Source: Lama glama (Eukaryota). From it: a stretch of DNA of 64,000 nt. A program made the position numbers and the translations under genes. Below, piece by piece: positions 1-13,261 of the stretch; position 1 is the stretch's first letter, and every line of letters starts with the position of its first letter. Under the pieces are notes generated by a model, which saw nothing but the letters and a program-made list of their open reading frames with translations, had not been told where the DNA came from and made no database searches. The stretch spans positions 37,326,001 through 37,390,000 of the forward strand of contig CM052817.1 in NCBI GenBank assembly GCA_028534125.1, written 5' to 3'.

Positions 1-2513
1 GGAGCTCCCCCAGGAGCCAGAGCTGTTACATCCTCTCTCTCCGCTGCAACCAATAAAGGCTGCTCACAATACAAAAACAAAAACATACGTGGTTACTAAG
101 ATCAAAGGAAGGAAAGTAGCTCTCCTTTGCTGAATGGGTGTTGAAAACCAACTTCCTATTATTCACTATAAAAACAAAAATAAAAGGTTTTAAAAGATAT
201 GCTAATGGACGTGGTACAGGAAACAGCATCAGAGCTCAATTGCTAGAATACAAACTCTTTTTAAAAAAAGAATCATAATATTTCACAGAAGAAAAAAGCA
301 TCATGACTATCCACCTCCTCATCACACACAGAGGAAAGAAAACAAAGCAAGCACATTTCTACTTGGTGACAAGGAGGATAAAAACCCGTATTTCATGGCT
401 TTCCATAGCAGCAAAACCCCTTTTTTAAAAAAAAAAAAAAAAAAAAGGAGTTGTCAAGTAGGCTAACAGTGTGAGGTTTTTTTTCTTTAACTAAAATATG
501 AACAAGTGTCTGAATCACACATTTAAACATTTATAGGAAAACATCTTCACGTTTGGAAATAAGGACAAAAAGATAAAGAAGCCAAGTAGGAACTACTTTA
601 CATAATGCTGTTTGAAAGTTTGAAAACCAACCCCTTTTCACTTTAAAAAAAAAAACAACCCTTTTCACTTTAACTAGGTATCATTAAATACATTGCGTTA
701 TAAATCCTTCTGAAAAAACGTGTCTGGGTTCTCATCCCTCGGGTCTGCCCAAAGAGAGGAGCGATCACAAGGATGTGACTCATAGGGAGAGAACACCAGC
801 ACTTAACAGGGCTCAGGCAGGTGACAGGAGGGGCCCAGGAGGGCTGGGGCAAGACGGAGTGTGTGCCCGTCTAAGGAATTCAAGTCCTATGTTGCCAGTG
901 CTTCCAGTATTTTAAGAAAAAAAATCAAAATACAGATTTCAATGAAAAACCTACTAATTCGCAGATGTTGCAACTAAATCAACCCACCATACAAGACACT
1001 GCCTCTCTGAGTGGGGGTCCTCCAGTGTCAGTTTTAACACTTCCTTCTCTCTCAAAGGAGGGAATAAGGGGTAGGGAAATAAGCCCATTTTGAAGAGAAG
1101 GATCTCTTTTCATGCTAAACACGGCCCCATATACAGAATGGGCTTCTTCAGTTCCCCCCAAGAGATGGTAAAGAGGCCCTCTGCCTGAAGGGACAAAGCG
1201 TGAGGCACCTCACTGCTGACCTGGGCCGGGTCCCCTTGGCTGCACAAGCTCCTGCCAAGCCTGCTCCGGCGGACTGGCAGGGGCGGCCTGCCAGATCGCT
1301 AGAAACATGAACCAAGGAAGCAAAACAAACCACAGTGTAGTTATTTTACATGACTTGCACGGAATAAATCTGTGAACTATAGGTGAGTCATAACATAATA
1401 AAGGACTCAATTAGGTCCAGAACAACACACCAGTGTTTTCCCTCGTCTTAGCAACTAGTTCACTGGAATCTTGTGAGAATATAAGGGACATAAAGGACCC
1501 TGGTGTCTCTGTTTTACCCTTTACTGCAAGATAATTAATCTTACTAGAAAATTAAACCCAGGTTGCCAGTCAGGCATTTTCAGGGTCAATAATTCTTAAG
1601 TTACTAGGATACCAATTAATGATACCCAAGTGGTCTAGAGAAGTTAATACCTCTACCCAAAGTGGTTGGCCCATTCCCAAAAATTTTTTGAATCATTCAA
1701 AGGCAAAATATTTAAAATTGAGAATCCATTGAGATTAACAGCAATTTTATTATAAGTACTACTTATCTTTAAAATTTTTAAAAACCCAACGTACATTAAA
1801 GGAAATCTGGTGTGGTATTTAATACCAAGAAAAGTACCAATATACATGACAGATACATAAAAATCATTACTTTCCAATTTTTATAGTACATAAAACCCCC
1901 TGATTAATCTCTAAACTCAAAACTGAAAAGCACAGCACTTTGAGGCTGGAACTCCACTAAGAACACCCAGTAATCGGATTAGACTGCTTATTTTCAAACC
2001 CACACATAAGAACGCCTAAAATGACCCAGGAAATACTCAGGCTGAAAATGGTAAGTCAAACAATTCCTCTAAAAACACTGTTGAACTTAGTGCCTGCACT
2101 TCCCATCTAAGTGTCCTAAAATAGGAAATTCAGTCCCACATCAAATTTTTTCTCCCTTTGTTCCAACACACATTTACAAGAGATTATCTTTCAGACTCCA
2201 CATCAAGATGAATTGGGTAAGAACTCTCAAGCTAAGCCCCGGGCACAAAGTGTCCCTGTTCTGTCCCAGTCCTCACCTGTGCTAAACACAAAGGACAAAC
2301 AAGCAAATAAGACAAAGGACCCCACCCTCTAAGTGTTTACCACCCGGAAAAAGACACGGAGGATGATGCCAAAGAGAAGTGCTGAGAGTGAAGGTGTGGG
2401 CACCAGGAGGACAGGAGAAAACTCTAATGTCCTGTGTGACTGCACAGGGGCTAGAAGGCAGCAGCAGGAGGGCCACAACCCAACCCCAGAGAGACAGTAA
2501 GAAGGCAACTGGA

Positions 2514-4970
2514 CTCACAGCGGCTCTATGTATAACAGCCAAGACACGGGAGCAATCTAAATGTTCATTCACAGATGACTGGATAAAGACATTGTGGTGT
2601 AACTTTTATTCAACAGTTTTGGAAGCCCTAGCCATAGCAATCAGAAAAGAAAAAGAAATAAAGGGACTCCAAATTGGAAAAGAAGTAAAACTGTCATTGT
2701 TTGCAGATGACATGATGCTATACATAGAAAACCTTAAAGAAGTGACCAGAAACCACTAGAGCTCATCAATGAATTTGATAAAGTTGCAGAATACAAAATT
2801 AATATATAGAAATAAGTTGCATTTCTATACACTAACAATGAAATAGTAGAAAAAGAAACTAAGGAAACAATCCCATTTACCATCACACCAAAAAGAATAA
2901 AATACCTAGGAATAAACCTACCCAAGGAGGCAAAGGACATGTACTCCAAGAACTACAAGACACTGATGAAAGAAACTGAAGACAACACAAATCGATGGAA
3001 AGGTATACTGTGTTCTTGGATTGGAAGAATCAATATTCTTAAAATGGCCATACTACCCAAGGCAATATACAGACTCAATGCAATCCCTGTCAAATTATTA
3101 ATGACATTTTTCACAGAGCTGGGACAAAAAATATTAAAATTTGCATGGAAACACAAAAGACCCTGAATAGCCAAAACAATCTTGAAAAAGAAGAACTGAG
3201 CTGGGAGAATCATGCTCCCTGACTTCAGACTATACTACAAAGCTAAGCTACAGTACTCAAAACAGTATGGTACTGGCACAGAAACAGATCCACAGATCAA
3301 TGGAACAGGATAGAAAGTCCAGAAATAAACCCACACACTTAAGGTCAATTACTCTACAACAAAGGAGGCAAGACTATACAATGGAGGAAAGACAGTCTCT
3401 TCAACAAGTGGTGTTGGGAAAATTGGACAGTTACCTGTAAAAGACTGAAATTAGAACATTCTCTAATACCATATCCAAAAATAAACTCAAAATGGATTAG
3501 AGACCTAAATGTAAGACCAGATACTATGAAACTCCTAGGGGAAAACAGAGGCAAACCAGACTTTGACATAAATCACAGCAATATTTTTTTTCAAACCAGT
3601 TCCCACAGTAATGGAAATAAAAGCAAAAATAAACAAATGGGATCTAATTAAACTTGAAAGCTTTTGCCCAGCTAAGGATACCATCAACAAAATGAAAAGA
3701 CAACCTACAGAATGAGAGAAAGTATTTGCAAATGATGAGATTGACAAGGGACTAGTTTCCGAAATATACAAACACCTCATACAGCTTAATATCAAAAAAA
3801 AAAAAAAAGCAACCCAATCAAAAAATGGGCAGACCTAAATAGACATCTCTCCAAAGACATCCAGGTGGCCAACAAGCACATGAAAAGATGCTCAACATTA
3901 CTAACTGTTAGAGAAATGCAAATCAAAACTACAATGAGATATCACTTTACACCAGTCAGAATGGCCATCATTAAAAAAAGTCCACAAAAGATAACTGCTG
4001 GAGATGGTGTAGAGAAAAAGGAACCCTCCTACGCTATTGGTGAGAATGTAAACTGGTGTAGCTACTATGGAGGACAGTATGGAGATTCCTTAAAAAACTA
4101 AAAATAGACTTACCACATGATCCAGGAATCCTGGAGGAAACTCTAACTCAAAAAGATACTAAATGTCCATCAACAGATGACTGGATAAAGAAGATGTGGT
4201 ATATTTACACAATGGAATACTACTCAGACATTAAAAAAGAATAAAATAATGCCATTTGCAGCAACATGGATGGACCTGGAGACTGTCATGCTAAGTGAAG
4301 TATGCCAGAAAGAGAAAGAAAAATACCATAGATCATTCACATGTGGAATCTTAAAAAAAAAAAAAAAGATAAATGCATCCCAATGTTTATAGCAGCACTA
4401 TTTACAGTAGCCAAGACATGGAAACAACCTAAACGTCCATTGACAGAGGACTGGATAAGGAAGTTGTGGTATATTTACACAATAGAATACTAGTCAGACA
4501 TTAAAAAAGAATAAAATAATGCCATTTGCAGCAACATGGATGGACCTGGAGATTGTCATTCTAAGTGAAGTATGCCAGAAAGGGAAAGAAAAAAACCATA
4601 GATCATTCACACGTGAAACCTAAAAACAGAAAAAAGAAGACACTAATGAACTCATCTACAAGAGTAACAGACTCGCAGACATAGTAAACAATCTTACAGT
4701 TACCAGAGCAGGAGAGTGGGGGAAGACAGGGTGGGGAGGGATAAATTTGGGGGTTCAAGGTTTGCAAATATTAACTACTATATATATATAAATAGATAAA
4801 AAAACAAATTTCTTCTATATAGCACAGAGAACTATATTCAATATCTTGTAATAAACTTTAATAAAAGGAATATGAAAAGGAATATATGTATGTATATATG
4901 TATGACTGGGACGTCATGCTGTACACCAGATCGACACATTGTAACTGACTATACTTCAGTTTTTTAAAAA
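2514..4970 (+). mobile_element. 5'-truncated, degenerate LINE-1 (RT to C-terminus of ORF2 plus 3' UTR) with internal rearrangements
   Basis: RT motif LFADDM at ~2697-2714; ORF2 fragments ([35 protein letters not shown]) broken by stops and frameshifts; L1 3' UTR ending gtaactgactatacttca plus a T/A tail. Antisense to AFF1. Confidence 0.95.
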
Positions 4971-5334
4971 AGGGGGTGTGCAGTTGTACCAGCAAGAGGA
5001 AGAACATCTTCATTGAGATCAAAGGAAAGACGGAAATGGTGGGTGTGGATACGGACTTTTTTTTTTTTTTTGAGTCATTGTAGATGGAAAGATTTCACAC
5101 CTGGTGGCTGCCTCCTTTGAACAGTAGAAGCCAAGTTAAAGGCCTCAGATTAAGCCACGTGGCCACTGCCACCAAAAGTGAGTTGGAATCGTCTCATTTG
5201 AATCATCTGTGCCACCGAACATCTGCATGATTTATCAGGTGCCGACAGGAAGGCGGGGCCAGGCAGAAAAAAGAGAGCTCTTAACGCTTTAAATAAAAGT
5301 GTTGCTCGAAGAATCATTACTCTACAGAAAACAT

Positions 5335-5535
5335 GCTGTGTGGCAGAAAGAGTACTGGAAGTAGAAGCCAAGGGTCCTGGTTTCGTGTTCCCAGCTCTGC
5401 CTCTTACGTGCTTAAGTCATTAAACTTCTTAAGAGACTCAGTTCCACGGCATGTAAAACGGTGACTCGTGCCAACTGCCCTGTCTAACTCACCAGGCTGC
5501 TGTGACAATCAAGAGGAAACAAACAAGCAAGTGCT
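5335..5535 (+). mobile_element. MIR SINE relic (approximate bounds)
   Basis: MIR-like core: cctggtttc...cccagctctgcc...aagtcattaaac...ctcagtt...tgtaaaa. Confidence 0.6.
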
Positions 5536-6317
5536 TTGGGAATTAAAGGGGAGGCAGGGTGGGGGAGGCAGTAAAATATTTTCAAATGCATTAAGTTTTT
5601 AAGAGTGAAATCTTTACACCAGGACTTGCCAAGCTAAGAGAAGGCTGCTCTTCAGGAATAAGCTGGAAACCTCTGTGCCATCAGGCGGGGGTAGACCGCT
5701 GAGGGCAATGGTCCTTACCTTGGCAAATCAGTTTCTAAAAGCTTGACAAAACTCTCAAGCAAATGCTTTCTTTCCCTAGGCTTTTCATTTGTTTTAACAC
5801 TCGAAAATCAATTTTTAGGGCTTTATTCACCTAGAACATCTTAACTGGGAATTCTGGGTCCCTCTGATCTGATCCCACCCACATTTCTCAAGTACGCTCC
5901 AATAAACAAAAGTATGAGGAGTCTTCCCGCCTCCCCAACAACACTGACTTCTCGCTTTGATAACCCTACCTTTTCCCTTACAACCCAGTGCAAAGTTTAA
6001 CTATGAGCACTCCTACCACCGCTTACCGAACTCTTGTTATATACCAAGCACTGTCTAAAGCACTTCAAATGGACCACCCTCAATCCAGGAGCTCCACTGT
6101 ACAGAAGGACAGACTGACAACACAGCAAGGTCCAGTTCCTTTGCCTCTACCCAATCTCCTTCAACCAAAGGCCCAGCTACTCCTGCAGGATTTCTCACCG
6201 TTTCCTGCCTTCAGGTCTTTCCTCTCCCTAATCCTTTCTCCTGGAGTGCACTTTCGCTAATACCCAAAGTGCTTCAAAAGTCAACTCTAAAAAAAGGTAC
6301 AGCTTCCTCTTTGCAAA

Positions 6318-6560
6318 GGCAGCATAACGGAGGTGTCATAGGTAAGGGTATGAACTCCAGCCAGACTACCTGGATCCGGACTTCAGATCCAGCACTTAAG
6401 GCCTGGGTCAACTTGGACAAACGAATCTCTGTACCCCTGTACATCTCTCAATAAAACAGCGACAGGAATGGTGTTCACCATGTGGGATGGTTGCGAGGGT
6501 GAAATGAGTTGATACGCATAAGGCATTTAGAACAGTTCCTATCATAAATGTACAAGAGAA
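6318..6560 (+). mobile_element. MIR SINE relic (approximate bounds)
   Basis: agccagactacctgg...cttggacaa...gagggtgaaatgagttgatacgcataaggcatttagaacagt matches the MIR consensus pattern. Confidence 0.75.
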
Positions 6561-7367
6561 CGATGTGGGCATTATGATAATTAATAGTTCCAGATTACCT
6601 TTCATACTGATTATACTTTGTATTTTTTCTGCTACGTAATAGATGTACAATGACATTGTCTCTCTCATTAGCTCCCCTTTCTATCTAGTGGGTGTTCAAA
6701 CATTTGTTGACTAAAAGGGCAGAAACCTAGAATGTAAAAAGTGGATCCTTCTATGACTAAACTGTTCCTGACAGGAAAGATTTCTGAACATTTTTTAAGC
6801 GTGTCCAGATTATTCAGTAATAGGAAAAAAATTTTTTCATAAATTAACATGTTCTCAAGGATGAAAAGAAAAAATGTTGGAAGTAAAATAAGAAACTCTA
6901 ATTACAACATAAAATTATGTTAAAAAATTTTTTTCCTTAAAATGCAATGACAAATATTTGCTTTGGGATAGAGTATTTTAAAAATTGAGCTGTAAGGAAA
7001 AGAAGAATCCGTCATGCCTGATGTTGTTTAAGAATGAGTGCAGGAAATCTGAACAGCACAGAATGCTTTCCCTTCTTAATTCATGCAGCTCAATTCCATG
7101 CTTCAGTCTTACCCAATACGAATCAATACGAATTTTCAAAGTTCTGTTTTTTCGTAAACTGGAACAAAAGGGGACAGAGCTAGAAATAGGACCTCTAATT
7201 ACTTAAATACTGAGGCCTCTAGATTAAAACATTAAACCTCAAAACCTTTCAGCCAAAGAGATTAAGGAGATTAGAATGGGCTTGACAAATTACCCCAAGG
7301 CTGGGGGCGGGGGAGAAAAAGTAGGCCAAGCTTAAACAAGGGATAAAATGAAGTTCCAGAGAAATCT

Positions 7368-7372
<5 letters not shown>

Positions 7373-7404
<32 letters not shown>
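7373..7404. repeat. (TG)16 microsatellite
   Basis: Perfect TG run read directly. Confidence 0.97.
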
Positions 7405-7405
<1 letters not shown>

Positions 7406-8788
7406 ATTCTGAGCATCTGTGCAGGGAAAAAAAAATGGTCAACCTAGTGATTTCAATAATTAAAAAAGGAACAATACCCATGTAAAAATAGTTGCTTAGA
7501 AAGTTCTTGGAAAATGTGAACACGCCACAAAGTTTAACCTTGGAAAATAATGACTTTTCAAAGAGATCTTGGCAACTGGAGAGGAGAAATCCAAGGCCAA
7601 AAAATAAACTTGTTATGATAACATGAACCAGGATCCTCTGTTAAAAGGAATTCTGCTTAAATGTCTCATGAGTATTGGTCACCCCCACCAAAACAGCCTA
7701 AATCAAAACCACCAGCTCAGTCATCAACAGGGCTCCCCTTGGAATATTTGGTTTTCTGTCCCTGAAGATTATCAGTTGGCTCAAAATAAAACACAATTAA
7801 TCTAGAGAAGAGCTGAAATGACCGGGTGGCTATGTGAGAGCCTGGGAGAGCGCACAGCCTGGAAAGATTTCTAAAGCACTGACTGTCTCCATCTTGGCAG
7901 CAGCGCAGCATGAGGGACCCAGGGGGATCCAATAACCCTCCACAAACATCTCAAGTGTGAAAACAACAAGGAGGAACAGGAATTTCTTATCCTGGTACCA
8001 AATGTACTTCTGGCATCTTGAGAAGGAATGGAAAGTAAAACGTACAAAGAAAACAACTCCAATGAACACCACCCAAAAAGATGTTCGAGGCTTTCTTCCT
8101 GGGCTTCTACTTAAGCAATTCAATCCTTTGCACTAACTCATTTCTAGCAATCTTGCAGCTTTTCAAAAAATTATTTTGCCTGTGTTATTTAAAATGTTTC
8201 CTTCAGAGTTCAAAGTGTTTCTTCAAACTCAAAAACTTATCAGGATCAGGAAATTAAAGGTGGCAGCTTCTACTCGGCTCTAGCTGGTGAAACTGAAAAT
8301 CTGATTTTTTTCACCAGAATTTGCCAGTTTGTAAATACTGCCTTAGGGCTTAGCGGGGCGGGGAGGGGGGGGGCACAGAAAGGAAAACACTGTATACAGA
8401 CAACACAAAATAGTCTGCAGGCAGGTCTAGCCCTCAGGCTGTTCGCAGCTTCTGCTCTAAAACTTCAGTCAGTCATTTGCCACTAGTTTCAAACTTCTAA
8501 ATTTAAATATTTTGGGGTCTAAAATTTAGGCAGCCTGCAAGCAGATACAGGTTCCTTACTACTCATTATTTCTCATAGATAGGAAGTATTCTAGCTCCAG
8601 ACACACTATCATCAAGGGGATTGTGCACACAGATAACGTTTTTTGCTTGGCTATCATTTTCCTAGCGGATATTTCAGGCGGGTAGGTTTGCCCAAGTTGA
8701 CTGAGCTCTAGCTCATGGAATCTAATTTAACTTTGCAATCAAAGAGCTACTGTAATTAAAAAAACATTTTTAGAAAATTGAGTAAAGC

Positions 8789-8910
8789 TGTTAGGTAGTT
8801 GAGATAGAAATGAGCACTGGGCAGGGGGAGAGGAAGGGAAAAGGAACAACCCAGAACACAAGGAACCTGAGCTGTCAATTAACCAGAGCGCAGGGAACCT
8901 GAGCTGTCTG

Positions 8911-8941
<31 letters not shown>

Positions 8942-9165
8942 CAAACCCAGGATATAAAAACAGAAAAAAAGAAGGAACGGTGCCATTTTCCCTCTCTTGG
9001 ACTGGCCTGCTCCCAATTCTCAGGAGTGTACTATCTTCCACTATTTTTTTTTTTTACTTCACCAATAAAAATCTTGTTTATATCACACTTGATGTCTCTC
9101 GTCAAACTTTTTTTTTCAAGTGACTAAGAACCGAGGTAATTCTTATTTTCCTTTTCCCGGTAACA
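8789..9165 (+). mobile_element. Solo LTR, ERV1-like (377 bp)
   Basis: Termini TGTTA...TAACA; 4-bp TSD AAGC (8785-8788 and 9166-9169); TATA-like GATATAAAA ~8951; AATAAA 9064-9069; internal direct repeat GGAACCTGAGCTGTC. Confidence 0.85.
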
Positions 9166-9764
9166 AAGCTAGGTAAGGCTGTATCAGAATCTTACTTTCC
9201 CCAGGAGCTTGAAAATGTTGGGGGCACAAGAAAAGAAAAGAAAGGGCTGTAAAGGAAGAGCGTAATCTTGGAGGCCCCACTCCCTGATTTATTCCCTGAA
9301 GTTCCTCTCACGTCATGCTCAGGACAAGCAGACCCATCAATTCAGCTGATCCTTCTGCCTAGGGACCCACATGGAGACTCTGGAACCACAGGGGAGGGGA
9401 CCCTTTTCTGACTCCTTGTGGCCTGTTATGAGCTCATCTGGAACAGTTTTCACTTCCAGGCTCTAGAAAAAACCTTGAGAATCAAAGAGACTCAAGCCCC
9501 ACTGTATACTTCTTGAGTCAACCTGCTACGGTGGAGCCTGGAAATTTTTATCTGTAACCATTTGTCTTTTTAACAGGCTTCCCCCAGGTGAGTCAGCCTT
9601 GCCTCCGGGTTTCAGAGTGAACGCAAAAATTCCTTTTGATCTACAGTACTGGGATTATAACCAAGAAAGCTTACAACCATCTCTGTGCATCACATGGCAT
9701 GAACCACTGGCACACACTGCTCCTTCTGCTTCAGATGCTGGTGCTGTTTAACTCTTAACACACC

Positions 9765-10120
9765 TATCACAGTCTCAGTGTTCATGTGCCTCTCAAATTC
9801 ATGCTGAGATCCTAACTCCCCACGGTGATGATAAAAAGAGGTGAGGGCCTTTGGGAGATACTTAAGTCATGAGGGTAGAGCCCTGATGAATGGGATTAAT
9901 GCCTTACAAGAGAAGTTCCAGAGAAGTTCCTAGCCCCTTCCACCATGTGAGGACACAGCAAGAAGGTGCCAGCTGGGAACCAGGAAGAGCGCCCTCACGA
10001 GAACATGGCCATGCTGGTGCCTTGATCCTGGACTTCCAGCCTCCAGAACTGTGAGAAGTAAGATGTGTTTATAAGCCACCCAGTCTGTGGTATTTTGCAC
10101 AGCAGCCCGAACGGACTGAC
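9765..10120 (+). mobile_element. MaLR LTR (MLT1A-like)
   Basis: Diagnostic segments gagggtagagccctgatgaatgggattaatgcc, catgtgaggacacagcaagaagg and ttgatcctggacttccagcctccagaactgtgaga. Confidence 0.9.
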
Positions 10121-10430
10121 AGTCCCTCACTTCTGTCACTTTGACCCACATTCAGGTCTCACTCAATACTTCTTCCCTAAGTGCCTATGTTCTAAACCAC
10201 AATCCCTTTTATCAATCTTATAATAGTTTGTAGGTTCCTTTATAGAACCTGCCAAAGTTCTTACACACTGATCTAAGTGATTACTTAATACTGTCAGTTT
10301 CTAACTAGATAGTTAAGGTCCAAAAGGACTGGAATCATCTGGGTTTTGCCCACCATTGTGACCCCAGCCCCAGCAAGAGGCCTGGCAGATAGTAGATGCT
10401 CTAGGTATTTTAGTTAAAAGTTGCTGAACT

Positions 10431-11078
10431 ACTAGGAATAGACTTACCATATGACCCAGTAATCCCACTCCTGGGCACATCCAGAAGGAACCCTACTTCA
10501 AAAAGACACCTGCACCCCAATGTTCATAGCAGCACTATTTACAATAGCCAAGATATGGAAATAGCCTAAATGTCCATCAAGAGATGACTAGTTAAAGAAG
10601 AGGTGGTATATTTATACAATGGAATACTATTCAGCCATAAAAACCAACAACATAACATCATTTGCAGCAACTTGGATGTCCCTGGAGAATGTCATTCTAA
10701 GTGAAGTAAGCAAGAAAGAGAATGAAAAATACCATGAGATCGCGCATATGTGGGATCAAAAAAAAAAAAGAAGAAAAACACAAAACAGAAACAGACTCAT
10801 AGACAGAATCCAAACTTGTGGTTGCCAAGGGGGAGGGTGGTGGGAAGGGATAGACCGAGAATTCAAAATTTGTAGATACTGACAGGTATATGTAGAACAG
10901 ATAAACAAGACTATACTGTATAGCACAGGGAAATATATACAAGATTGTGTGGTAGCTCACAGTGAAAAAAAATGTGACAATGAATATACCTATGTTCATA
11001 TATAACTGAAAAATTGTGCTCTACACTGGAATTTGACACAACATTGTAAAATGACTATAACTCAAAAAATGCTTAGAA
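10431..11078 (+). mobile_element. Young 5'-truncated LINE-1 3' end with a perfect 15-bp TSD, inserted in an L2 tail
   Basis: TSD AAAAGTTGCTGAACT at 10416-10430 and 11079-11093, preceded by the TT|AAAA L1 endonuclease site; ORF2 C-terminal remnant MEYYSAIK...FAATWMSLENVILSEV. Confidence 0.93.
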
Positions 11079-12299
11079 AAAAGTTGCTGAACTGATGATG
11101 CATATAGGAGAGCTTTACTGTATTTTAAGTGATGATCAGCAGTATATACGCCATCAACACATCAAAAGTGAACCTCCTGAAGGGACAGACCATTTCATAA
11201 CAGGGAAGTTCCTCTTTTCAGGGTTTAAAATAACAAAGCTGAACTATGAAAGTAGGAAAAGACTGCACACATGAATGCAAAGTGAATCACTATCACAGTT
11301 TTCCACTGCGGATTACTTCTGTTAGGTTGGCAATTTACTGAAAACGGAAGACCCAGTTTAAGAGTTGCCATGAGTCAAAGTAGTCCAACAACGAATTCAC
11401 AGCTACAGGTGACACTTCAGTCTTGGAAATTAGGTGGAAGGATCTGGTTAACAGAAGATGTTCCCAAATGATGTCACGAGAGGCCACAAGGAAAAGAGCA
11501 ACTGCTCTGCAGAAATCAGAAGCTATCAGGACTCAAAGCACGACTTCCTCTGGAGGGGAATGGAGTGCGAACATATAAGGAGGTAGAAGCAGTAGCAAAT
11601 TTAAATTGACAGTAAATTCTGCTAAGTTCCAGTGACCTACTCTGGTAAATTAAGATAACTGTACTATTTACATGTACACTTCAAACCTTAAGTGAAAAAA
11701 AAAAGCATATATATAATTTCCCCTAATCTATAAGCAGATTCTCAAATTTCCAAGACGATTTTCAATTTCTGCTTCTGAAGACCCAGCAGGTCCTTAATTC
11801 TCCCCACCCACTGCCCTGGCCGCAGGTAACACTGAGCCAGGGAGGGCCTTATCAGGCTCGCCTGCCTAGTCCCCAAGCTTTAAATACCCACTATATGCAA
11901 ACATAGCCCAAATTTATTATTCCCAGTGCAAAGATGTGATTTCTTTTGTGTTAGGATTTCTACTCATCGTGTGTGAAACTTACAGGATTTAAGCAGTGTT
12001 AAGTCATTCAAAATGGAGTCCCAGAGGCCAATGTGAACTTCTGTGTTAGTTGTTTTGAAAAGTCCACGGCAGGGCTGCAAGTGTTTTCGAGTAAAACCAA
12101 TACACCTACTGACAGACTCCTTACAATGAGCCCACTGGGCCACACGACTTTAAGGATCTTCACTGGAGGACCTGACTTCACCTGCTGAGAGGTGTGGATC
12201 CACATTCCATGTGGATGCTACCAGAGGCTCTGTCAGCGGAGAGGACGACTTTCGACTCACACTTGTCCCATGGCCGGACTGGAGACCACTGCTCGTGCC

Positions 12300-12985
12300 G
12301 AGCACCTCCTTCTTGGACTTCTCCCTGGAGTGGTTCGTTACTTCCTATCCTATCTTCCTGACTTTGACTGATCTGCCGTTGTGTGCTAACTGAATGCTGG
12401 CTCCATTTCATGTATCTCCAATCTCCTGATTCTCACCCAGCCTTACCACTGGGCCCCACACAAACATCCAGTCCTAACATTTTCTCTGAGCTGGTCTGCT
12501 GCTGACGACTGCCAACTTGTCATGTTTACCTGGAAATATAATGCCATCTCAAACTTAATATACAATCTATTCAGAGCTCTTGGATGTCCCTCCAAACCTG
12601 TTCTGCCCAGGTCAACTCCATCTCAGTAACAGGTATCATCCCACCATCTACACCTTTCAAGTAAAAAAAACAAAAATCTAAGGGCCTTTCTTGATGTCTC
12701 ATTTTCTCTGGTGCCTGCGACCCACTCCCATCTCCAGTCAATCACAAAGCCCTGTCAGTCCCTTCCCAGTGTATCTGGAATCTGTCCACTTCTCACTACG
12801 TCCACTGCTAGTATCCTACTCTGAGCCATCACCATTTCCCACCACCTAACTGGCCTCCCTACTTCTGCCACCCTTGACCCTCCATGCCATTTTCCACCCA
12901 TGAGCCTGAACGGTCCTTTTCAGAAGAGAAAGTACATATATCACTCCCCTACTCAAGATCCTCCAACGGTCTCCATTCAAACTTA
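12300..12985 (+). mobile_element. LINE-2 relic (approximate bounds)
   Basis: L2 3'-region pattern: catctcaaacttaat...ccatctcagtaa...gaatctgtccacttctc...ctaactggcctccct...tcactcccctactcaa. Confidence 0.8.
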
Positions 12986-13137
12986 ACAAGCAGAAGTAGA
13001 AAAACCACAGAACTGAGGGTTCTAGCTCTGACTCTGCCACCAACTAAACTGTAGCAAAATTAAGTGAGTTCACCCTTCTCTGCCTTATTTGAAAAATCAT
13101 CGGGCTGCAGATTGAGCTTTAAAATTCTAACATTCTA

Positions 13138-13261
13138 GGTGGGGAGGGTATAGCTGAATGGTAGAGCGCATGCTTAGCATGCACAAGGGTTCAATCCCTA
13201 GTACCTCCATTAAAATAAATGATTAAAAACCTACTTACCCCATCCCAGTCAAAAAAAAATT
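13138..13261 (+). mobile_element. tRNA-derived SINE (camelid Vic-1-like)
   Basis: ggggagggtatagct..tggtagagcgcatgcttagcatgcac..gggttcaatccc (A/B boxes); AT-rich tail; near-perfect TSD aaaattct(t)aacattcta at 13121-13137 and 13262-13279. Confidence 0.9.

Noticed and set aside
2379..4101. L1 ORF2 fragments as an active reverse transcriptase gene
   Set aside because: 5'-truncated, with multiple stops and frameshifts, and no ORF1 or endonuclease domain.
12008..12411. Cluster of short ORFs suggesting a processed pseudogene
   Set aside because: No recognisable protein, poly(A) tail or TSD. The region runs into an L2 relic.
13138..13215. tRNA gene
   Set aside because: The tRNA-like head has a SINE tail and TSD and recurs five times with decay, so it is a SINE rather than a tRNA gene.
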